Assembly (NCBI GenBank): GCA_041666745.1
Contig: JBAYGI010000003.1
Location: forward strand, 12,782-76,781
Reading direction: 5' to 3'
Length of the DNA: 64,000 bases
DNA from: Candidatus Magasanikiibacteriota bacterium
GTDB taxonomy: Bacteria; Patescibacteriota; Patescibacteriia; Magasanikbacterales; GWA2-37-8
Below the pieces are notes generated by a model that saw only the letters and a program-made list of their open reading frames with translations, was not told the origin of the DNA and searched no databases. This document shows, piece after piece, positions 9,727 to 16,166 of this stretch; within the stretch, counting starts at the first letter, position 1, and the number at the start of each line of letters is the position of its first letter. The position numbers and the translations under genes were made by a program.

Positions 9727-9735
9727 TGTGGATAA
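9727..9735 (-). promoter_or_regulatory. perfect DnaA box upstream of mraZ
   Basis: TGTGGATAA is the reverse complement of TTATCCACA. Confidence 0.55.
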
Positions 9736-9745
9736 CTATTTTGTA

Positions 9746-9775
9746 TTGACTTTAAAACACAGAACAAGGTAAAAT
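9746..9775 (+). promoter_or_regulatory. putative sigma70 promoter for the GC-rich small ORF
   Basis: TTGACT-N18-TAAAAT. Confidence 0.5.
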
Positions 9776-9824
9776 CATTTCACTGTTCTTTCGGCGATTT
9801 TTCTCGCCAACGGAGGGACACTAG

Positions 9825-10055
9825 ATGACCAACGCGCGCTTCTTTGCTAGACCAATCGAAGACATGGCCATTCATGTCGTAGCAGTGGCTGCCACCACGG
9901 TGGTCGCTCCGATTGTCGCGGCCGGCGTCTTTAGCCTAGGCGTCCAGGACGCGGCGAAGGCGATCAGCGACAAAGCCACGAAGCTCTGCCGAAAGGCGAG
10001 CGGGATGGTCATTGACATGATCCCTGATCTGCCCTACGACGACTATTGTGATTAG
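9825..10055 (+). CDS. GC-rich 76-aa hypothetical protein with a hydrophobic helix
   Basis: GGAGG at 9812-9816, 8 nt before the ATG; followed by a GC-rich terminator hairpin. Confidence 0.65.
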   Translation: MTNARFFARPIEDMAIHVVAVAATTVVAPIVAAGVFSLGVQDAAKAISDKATKLCRKASGMVIDMIPDLPYDDYCD

Positions 10056-10104
10056 GTGCGATGACGACGCATTGATTGGCGTCGCCGCGCCCTCCCGCCT
10101 ATAT

Positions 10105-10144
10105 GCGCGCCGGATCCTTCAAGGACCGGCGCGCTTCCATTTTT
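10105..10144 (+). terminator. intrinsic terminator of the GC-rich ORF
   Basis: GCGCGCCGG-atccttcaagga-CCGGCGCGC followed by TTCCATTTTT. Confidence 0.7.
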
Positions 10145-10146
10145 GG

Positions 10147-10175
10147 TTGATTTTTGTTTGGGTAGTGTGTATAAT
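10147..10175 (+). promoter_or_regulatory. Pc-like promoter facing the cassette array
   Basis: TTGATT-N17-TATAAT, about 90 bp upstream of the first GTTAGGC core. Confidence 0.7.
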
Positions 10176-10254
10176 AGACGGTAATCATAACCACCTTGTG
10201 AATAAAAATTATTGAAACTATTTTGTTTTGTTTTAGTCAAATTTTTAGCAAGTT

Positions 10255-10273
10255 GGTTTATCAGTAGTTAGGC
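10255..10273 (+). other. attI-like primary recombination site
   Basis: GGTTTAT-CAGTA-GTTAGGC; a GTTRRRY core at the head of the array with no attC-type palindrome before it. Confidence 0.55.
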
Positions 10274-10329
10274 GACATACGATTTTTATTAAAAAACTGG
10301 AAACACCCCCCCCCTTAACCACTAGCGTT

Positions 10330-10971
10330 ATGGAAAACGAAATCCAAATCGGCCATGAGCCAAAACAAAATTGGTTATTGAAGCGAGTAAAAAAATATCA
10401 AGTTATTACTTTCACGTTTGGCTTCCTGCTCCTCAATCAACTTACAATGATTTTTGTATCTTATTTTGCCGATAAAAATTTATTTGTAAAAAATTTTGCC
10501 CTGAATATTTGGTTTTGGGCAATCGGCATACCGATAATTTACTTTCTACAATGGTTATTAGTTATTTGGGTAGCATCAAAGTTCTCGAAGGAAACATTAA
10601 AACAAAAATTTTCAAGACACCCCATAGCCACAATTATTCTTTTTATTTTGTATGTGACTAACTTACCATATAGATTATCTGAGTACGGTGGTGGCATCGT
10701 CGCTATTTTCGAAACAATAATATATTACGCATTTGTATCTTTTCTCTGGTGGCTATTGATTTGTTGGATTAGTAGTAAAATTTTTAAAAAACAGCGATTT
10801 GACTGGAGTTGGTATAAAAAAATAATTGAAAAAATTTTTGTTTTAATGCCGATTATCTACAAAATTATCCTTGGCTTAATAGTGGCGTTGGCATTATTCT
10901 TTGTCTTATTTATTTTAATAACAGTAGTTTTCAAATATTCAGGCCAAGATTTAAAAATGCTGTTTTCTTAA
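10330..10971 (+). CDS. cassette 1 ORF A: multi-pass membrane protein
   Basis: 213 aa, about 5 hydrophobic helices. Confidence 0.8.
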   Translation: MENEIQIGHEPKQNWLLKRVKKYQVITFTFGFLLLNQLTMIFVSYFADKNLFVKNFALNIWFWAIGIPIIYFLQWLLVIWVASKFSKETLKQKFSRHPIATIILFILYVTNLPYRLSEYGGGIVAIFETIIYYAFVSFLWWLLICWISSKIFKKQRFDWSWYKKIIEKIFVLMPIIYKIILGLIVALALFFVLFILITVVFKYSGQDLKMLFS

Positions 10972-10988
10972 TCATTGACAAAATCACT

Positions 10989-11249
10989 ATGAGAACAATC
11001 GGCAAAATAATCGGCTACCTAATGTGGATCGGAGCAGGAATCCTAATGTTTATTTTTTGGCTCCTGGCCATGAGTAAATGGTTGGGTTTACTCGGTACAA
11101 TACTCGCTTTCGTTTTAAGTCCTGGCTTAGTTATATTTCCGATAGTATTTTGGATTGTCGAGGGGGTGTTCCCAGCTTTCTATTTCATAATTTGGGGCTT
11201 TGGTATAGTTGGGTTGATAATCGGCGGCATTTCGAGTCGCAACGATTAA
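10989..11249 (+). CDS. cassette 1 ORF B: small membrane protein
   Basis: 86 aa, almost entirely hydrophobic; its stop codon lies inside the cassette's right inverted repeat. Confidence 0.75.
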   Translation: MRTIGKIIGYLMWIGAGILMFIFWLLAMSKWLGLLGTILAFVLSPGLVIFPIVFWIVEGVFPAFYFIIWGFGIVGLIIGGISSRND

Positions 11250-11264
11250 TAAAAATCGTACATC

Positions 11265-11407
11265 GCCTAACAGCGTGTATCTGGTTCAACAGATTTGGCT
11301 CATTAAATTTTAAAGGGATGCCAAATCTGCCTCACTCAAATTTCGCACACACTTATTGAAAAATTTAAGGATGTGTGCGAAACTTCAGATACACGCGAAC
11401 GTTGTGC
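11265..11407 (+). repeat. attC-like site 1 (143 bp)
   Basis: GCCTAAC-A-GCGTGTATCTG ... CAGATACACGC-GAAC-GTTGTGC with two internal perfect hairpins (11290-11329, 11341-11382). Confidence 0.85.
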
Positions 11408-11452
11408 GAAATTGTGAGGCAACCTAATAAATTTTAATTCCGCTTTTTTCTT

Positions 11453-11758
11453 ATGAAGTTCGATAAACTAGTTCGGGATAATATCCCCGATATTATAAAA
11501 AAAGATGGTAAGGAGCCGTTTACTCGTATTGCCGAAGATAAAGAGTTCGAGGAAGCTTTGACGCGCAAATTGCACGAAGAGGCCGGCGAATTTTTAGAAA
11601 ATCCAAGTGTAGAAGAGGCCGCCGATATTTTAGAGGTCTTGCATGCAATTTGCGCTCTGAAAGGTGTGGACTTACAAACTTTAGAGGAAGTTCGCCAGAA
11701 AAAAGCGGAAGAACGTGGAGGTTTCACGCAAAGGATTATTTTGGATAGAACAGAGTAA
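11453..11758 (+). CDS. cassette 2: MazG-like / phosphoribosyl-ATP pyrophosphohydrolase-like NTP pyrophosphatase
   Basis: KLVRDNIPDII, KL.EE..EF, EE.AD.LEV, R..K..ERGGF motifs of the all-alpha NTP-PPase family. Confidence 0.88.
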   Translation: MKFDKLVRDNIPDIIKKDGKEPFTRIAEDKEFEEALTRKLHEEAGEFLENPSVEEAADILEVLHAICALKGVDLQTLEEVRQKKAEERGGFTQRIILDRTE

Positions 11759-11784
11759 TACCGGGGCGGTTGCCTCACAACTTC

Positions 11785-11876
11785 GTACAACAGCGCATAT
11801 GCGGTTACGCTACGCTCCACCCAAATTCTGATTCGCTTCGCTCAACAGAACTTCGCATGATGCGCATACGTTAGGC
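11785..11876 (+). repeat. attC-like site 2 (92 bp)
   Basis: GTACAAC-A-GCGCATATGCG ... CGCAT(G)ATGCGC-ATAC-GTTAGGC with one extrahelical base. Confidence 0.85.
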
Positions 11877-11947
11877 AACATACTGGAAACCTCTCGAATA
11901 AGACTTAAAATAATTATCGTAATTTATTTATTCAACTAACTTAAAAT

Positions 11948-12202
11948 ATGGAACGAAAAGATTATCCAACACCGTTTTCAGAAGCCGAAACAAGAAGTTT
12001 TTGGAACGGGCTTAGTAAAGAACAAAGGATAGATTTTTTAAAAAAAGCTAACCATTCACTCGGCGCTTCTGAAACCGATCTTATGCCTTGCGCTGATTAT
12101 GATTGGGATTCTATGTCTGAAAATGGACTAACTACGCAACTTAAGGAACATTTACCTAAAATCGGTAGATTTTTTGAAGCCGAGCTTAAGGCGGGACAAT
12201 AA
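11948..12202 (+). CDS. cassette 3: 84-aa hypothetical protein
   Basis: The ORF fills the space between attC-like sites; its stop codon lies inside the right inverted repeat. Confidence 0.75.
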   Translation: MERKDYPTPFSEAETRSFWNGLSKEQRIDFLKKANHSLGASETDLMPCADYDWDSMSENGLTTQLKEHLPKIGRFFEAELKAGQ

Positions 12203-12241
12203 ATTACGAGAATTATTTTAAGAGTCGGTTTCCAGTACATT

Positions 12242-12295
12242 GCCTAACAGCGTGTATACAGCATTAAAACGATGCATACCCGCGGCGCATTCGGC
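12242..12295 (+). repeat. attC-like site 3 (54 bp, degenerate right core)
   Basis: GCCTAACAGCGTGTAT is identical to the start of site 1; it pairs imperfectly with ATACCCGC and ends in ATTCGGC instead of GTTRRRY. Confidence 0.7.
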
Positions 12296-12312
12296 GAAAT
12301 AACAATAAATTT

Positions 12313-12549
12313 ATGTCTAAACATTTATTATTCATGGAAATAAAAGACAAGGTTCTGTTAAAAAATAATGGATGTTGCCCACTTCACTACTTGCCTCATA
12401 AATTACCTATTGGCGAACCTATAATAAATGAACCTTGTCATACACACACAATATACTGGAGAAGATGGCACCATAACTTTTTTTGTCAAATGCTTAATTG
12501 CCCAAATTATCCAGCTATGAGGAAGAGCAAAACTCTAGAGACACACTGA
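12313..12549 (+). CDS. 78-aa Cys/His-rich hypothetical protein
   Basis: CCPLH, CHTH, HH.FFC...CP motifs; immediately follows attC-like site 3. Confidence 0.55.
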   Translation: MSKHLLFMEIKDKVLLKNNGCCPLHYLPHKLPIGEPIINEPCHTHTIYWRRWHHNFFCQMLNCPNYPAMRKSKTLETH

Positions 12550-12590
12550 ATAAAATCCAGAATCTATTTTAAACAGACTCAAATCCCCCT

Positions 12591-13148
12591 ATGAAAAAAT
12601 ATCAAAATGTTTGGGAGTCAGCCCTACCATATTTAAAGAAAGGCATTAACAAAAACTTTATCATTCATACTAAGGGGGTTGTTAAAGCTATGGAAATGAT
12701 TCTCAAGAAGGAAAAAAGCGATCCGGATATCTTGATACCGGCTGCCATACTCCATGATGTAGGCTGGGCAAATGTTCCAAAAAAATATCAATGCACCACA
12801 AACAAAGCTGATAAGCTTCATGGCATGAAACTTCATATTGAATTGGCTCCAGAAATTATCAAGGAAGTTCTTTGGTCGGTAAATTATAAAATTTCTCAAA
12901 TCAATGAAATAATCGAAATTGTTCAAGCGCATAAATTTAGTAAGCCAAGAAAATTAAGTAAGCAAATATTGATTGATGCCGACCAACTTTCCGATGCTTT
13001 CAAAGAACAATTTTATAGTGACGTAAAAGCCTACAATTCTACACCTGAAAAGCTTTATAATTTTAGAATGAGTGATAATATTTTCTATACGAAAGTGGCA
13101 AAAGATATTTTTTTGAAACAAATGAAACAGAGAAAAAGTGAGTTTTAA
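12591..13148 (+). CDS. HD-domain metal-dependent phosphohydrolase
   Basis: H(27)...AAILHDVG...H...H...DAD HD-superfamily signature. Confidence 0.88.
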   Translation: MKKYQNVWESALPYLKKGINKNFIIHTKGVVKAMEMILKKEKSDPDILIPAAILHDVGWANVPKKYQCTTNKADKLHGMKLHIELAPEIIKEVLWSVNYKISQINEIIEIVQAHKFSKPRKLSKQILIDADQLSDAFKEQFYSDVKAYNSTPEKLYNFRMSDNIFYTKVAKDIFLKQMKQRKSEF

Positions 13149-13199
13149 AATATGAAGTTTAAAAAAGATAAACATAAATCTGATAAAAATTAAAAACAA

Positions 13200-13228
13200 A
13201 AAAACCACACTAACTAAGTGTGGTTTTT
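13200..13228. terminator. bidirectional terminator closing the cassette array
   Basis: AAAAACCACACT-aacta-AGTGTGGTTTTT between convergent genes. Confidence 0.85.
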
Positions 13229-13238
13229 GATATGGCAA

Positions 13239-13646
13239 TTAACTCAAACCTAAAATTGGTCTTATTTGTATGAAATCATTTTCTAACACTACGACTCTAT
13301 CGTCAAGTTTTCTTACATTGTGAGCATTGACCAGTGTTTCTTCATCTTTTTTCTTATACATACCAACAAACGCATCCAAAGTATTCATGATTTTTGAGAT
13401 ATCTTCCTTGTTAACCATAATGTCCATCATTTTTGAAATATCATCTTTGGTAGCCATAATATCTATGATTTTTGAGACATCTTCCTTGGTGACATCCAAA
13501 CTTTCTTTAATTCTATCCAGATGCTCGGTATGATCAGCCACTGTACGAGCTATAAGACCCAGCTGATCTTCTTGATCATCAAAACGTTTGTTGACTTCCA
13601 CAAAACTAACGTCGTGTTCTTTGAGTTTTTTGATAACTTCCTCCAT
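13239..13646 (-). CDS. coiled-coil protein with three 13-aa xTKxD repeats
   Basis: VTKEDVSKIIDIM / ATKDDISKMMDIM / VNKEDISKIMNTL; start moved to ATG 13646. Confidence 0.75.
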   Translation of the reverse strand: MEEVIKKLKEHDVSFVEVNKRFDDQEDQLGLIARTVADHTEHLDRIKESLDVTKEDVSKIIDIMATKDDISKMMDIMVNKEDISKIMNTLDAFVGMYKKKDEETLVNAHNVRKLDDRVVVLENDFIQIRPILGLS

Positions 13647-13660
13647 ATAAATCAATATTG

Positions 13661-13999
13661 TTATTTATGTTCATGCCCGCACCCACAAGAATCTTCCACT
13701 TTGTCCTCGCACTTCCCTTCTTCACAACATTTTTCCTCACATTTTTTGTCACCTTTACAACTGCAGACACATTCGCCACCGCAACAACTTTTTTTGCTGA
13801 AAATATAAATATATAATATTTCCAAAATACCAACTGTGTTTACCAATAATAAAACCACAAACCAAGCCACATTTCCCTTTCTGGCCGCCAACCACAAGGC
13901 TCTGCCTTTCCAATAAAATAGCCAAACAAAAAACGCGACAAAAAATATACCAAAGAAACCAAAAAAACTACCGACTCCGTAACCCATAAAATTTTGCAT
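13661..13999 (-). CDS. DUF5652-like membrane protein with Cys-rich C-terminal tail
   Basis: W...WKG.ALW.AAR.G...WF..LL.VNT.GILEI.Y motif; tail with 10 Cys. Confidence 0.8.
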   Translation of the reverse strand: MQNFMGYGVGSFFGFFGIFFVAFFVWLFYWKGRALWLAARKGNVAWFVVLLLVNTVGILEILYIYIFSKKSCCGGECVCSCKGDKKCEEKCCEEGKCEDKVEDSCGCGHEHK

Positions 14000-14027
14000 A
14001 TAGATTTTAAATTAATGAATAAAATTT

Positions 14028-15389
14028 TTAAATTATTACTTCGTTATTTATTTTTGCAGTATCCACATCCAGTCCATATACATCTTTTAGGTGTTTGACC
14101 AAACTGCCAGATGCTTCCGGTTCACCATGGTTTAAAATAATTTTCTTTGGCCTTTTGGCCGAACTGCCAAGCCAAACAGTGAGTTTATCTCTATCTCCAT
14201 GCGCGGAAAATGCTCCAATCGCTTTTACTTTGCAATGTACAGCCACACTCTCTCCCATCACATCTACCGGACTATGCCCGTCCAAAATTTTTCTTCCCAA
14301 TGTCCCCTGCGCCTGATAACCAATGATCAACAGTGTACTTTTGTCATCGGACAAATAACGTAATGCGTGGTGCAAAATTCTTCCACCATTCATCATCCCC
14401 GCTCCGGCAATAATTATTTTTGGGGGGCGAGTATTGTTGATTTTCATGGATTCGGCTTTGTTTTCAGTTTCGGTCAAACCGGCAAAGGTAAAAAGATCGT
14501 CTCCGGATTTCAGCCATTTATATGCTTCTTCATCGTAATATTTGGTAAATTTACGATAAACTTTGGTAGCACCAATCGCCAGAGGGCTATCCAAAAAAAT
14601 CGGCACGCGGGGTAATTTGTGTTTATGATCTATTAAATCATTCAAATCATAAAGTAACTCCTGTGTACGTTCCAAAGAAAATGACGGGATCATCATCACC
14701 CCACCACGTTGCATCGCTTGCAAAACCATTTCTTCCAAAATTTCACGTCTCGCTTGATCCGATTCGTGACGCCTATCGCCATAGGTAGATTCACATACTA
14801 CCAAATCTACATCTTCGGGAAGTTTGTCGGTATCACGCAAAATCGGCACATTGATATTACCAATATCTCCGGAAAAAATAACTTTTTTATTTTCCGCCTG
14901 CAATTCCACAAATACCGATCCAAAGATGTGCCCGGCTTCGTAAAATTTTATTTTAACAGTTTTGTCCTGAAACAAATCCAATTCGTCATAATAATCCAAC
15001 GATTTGAACTGGCTCATCACTCCGGCAATATCTTGTTCTTCATATAAAATCGGACTGCCGAATTTTCGGTGGTTATATTCCATGATCGAATGGGCGTCAC
15101 GCAAAATAAGCTCAGTCAATTCAATAGTGGCCGGAGTGGCGTAAAAAAATCCGGAGTAACCATTTTTGATCAACACAGGCAAACGGCCGGTGTGATCCAA
15201 ATGGGCGTGAGTCACTAATACCGCAGACAGCTCTTTGGCATCAAAAGCCAACGGATCATGATTTTTACCCTCATTAAAATCACTACCCTGAAACATGCCA
15301 CAATCCACTAAGATTTTTTTATTCCCACTTTCAACTAGACTGCAAGAACCTGTAACCTCGCCTGCCGCGCCAAAAAAACGGATTTTCAT
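14028..15389 (-). CDS. MBL-fold beta-CASP ribonuclease (YSH1/TTHA0252-like)
   Basis: GAAGEVTGSC, THAHLDHTG, AGHIFGS, FSGDIG, CESTYG, FSAHGD, HGE. Confidence 0.93.
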   Translation of the reverse strand: MKIRFFGAAGEVTGSCSLVESGNKKILVDCGMFQGSDFNEGKNHDPLAFDAKELSAVLVTHAHLDHTGRLPVLIKNGYSGFFYATPATIELTELILRDAHSIMEYNHRKFGSPILYEEQDIAGVMSQFKSLDYYDELDLFQDKTVKIKFYEAGHIFGSVFVELQAENKKVIFSGDIGNINVPILRDTDKLPEDVDLVVCESTYGDRRHESDQARREILEEMVLQAMQRGGVMMIPSFSLERTQELLYDLNDLIDHKHKLPRVPIFLDSPLAIGATKVYRKFTKYYDEEAYKWLKSGDDLFTFAGLTETENKAESMKINNTRPPKIIIAGAGMMNGGRILHHALRYLSDDKSTLLIIGYQAQGTLGRKILDGHSPVDVMGESVAVHCKVKAIGAFSAHGDRDKLTVWLGSSAKRPKKIILNHGEPEASGSLVKHLKDVYGLDVDTAKINNEVII

Positions 15390-15524
15390 AAAAATAACTA
15401 AGTTTTAGATAGTATTATTTTACCCCATTACAAAACTATATACAAGCTTATGATTTTGTGATAAAATATTTTCAAGTATCGGATTGAAAAAATGGCTAAA
15501 AAACCACTTTAAAAACCAGCAATT

Positions 15525-16166
15525 ATGCGCCGTAATTTGGAAAATATTGAGATAGTAGAACCACCAATCGAAGAACTAACCAAAAAAAGATCATGGAAAG
15601 GAGCCTGTTTTACCAGTTGCTTGTTTTTGGTAATTCTGGCAGTAGCGGCAATTATCGGTATTCGTTTTTATGTTGGCCCCGGTCCAAAAAACAGCAATGC
15701 TATTCCAAACAATTTTCCGGCAGATATTCCAGTTTACGATAAAGATAATATCGAAAATATCACAGTCATTTCAGCTCGTTACAAAGAACGCGGTTTGAGC
15801 ATAGCCACCATCTTACCGAAATTGGTACTCTCACCGGTGTTTTACAATTCCGACAATTCCACCAATGGCGGTTCTCTACAAAATATTTGGAAAACTATTT
15901 CTACACCAAACAACAACTACCGCGATAGCATCCAAATTGAATGGCAAAATATAAACGCTGATCCGAGTTTTGTTATCGCTTATTATAAAAAAGAATTAAA
16001 AAAGAAGAATTTTAAAATTGATATCGAGTCTGAAGGGAAAACAATTCAACAATTTTCATTTAGTCGTGAAGACGGTTTGGACGGATCGGTGCTTGCCCAA
16101 GTCAATGATGAAAAAAAATCCGGTACTGATTATATGATTTTGACCATAAATTTACCCAAACAATAA
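15525..16166 (+). CDS. membrane-anchored hypothetical protein
   Basis: Single N-terminal TM helix, P..FP.DIPVY motif; stop overlaps the murJ start. Confidence 0.75.
   Translation: MRRNLENIEIVEPPIEELTKKRSWKGACFTSCLFLVILAVAAIIGIRFYVGPGPKNSNAIPNNFPADIPVYDKDNIENITVISARYKERGLSIATILPKLVLSPVFYNSDNSTNGGSLQNIWKTISTPNNNYRDSIQIEWQNINADPSFVIAYYKKELKKKNFKIDIESEGKTIQQFSFSREDGLDGSVLAQVNDEKKSGTDYMILTINLPKQ

Larger units (their letters stand above)
10267..13148 (+). mobile_element. integron-like gene cassette array lacking an integrase (CALIN-like): 3 complete cassettes and 1 degenerate
   Basis: Co-oriented short ORFs separated by palindromes that run from (R)YYYAAC-like to GTTRRRY-like cores. Each cassette's start is complementary to its own end. 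Confidence 0.85.

Noticed and set aside
9700-9780. oriC at the DnaA boxes (9727, 43710 or 94-124)
   Set aside because: The boxes are isolated or degenerate, there is no dense cluster with an unwinding element, and dnaA/dnaN are not in the window.
10306-10314. C9 homopolymer before cassette 1 ORF A as a phase-variation switch
   Set aside because: It lies in the untranslated leader, in neither the promoter spacer nor the reading frame; there is no evidence of length variation without reads.
11078-11820. ORF-track ORFs 11078-11359 (+) and 11434-11820 (-)
   Set aside because: They overlap better-supported cassette genes and run through attC-like palindromes; treated as shadow frames.
11265-12295. 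Recurring GCCTAACAGCGTGTAT / GTTAGGC sequences as a CRISPR array
   Set aside because: The units are separated by whole ORFs of variable length and are long palindromes; there are no 30-40-bp spacers and no cas genes.
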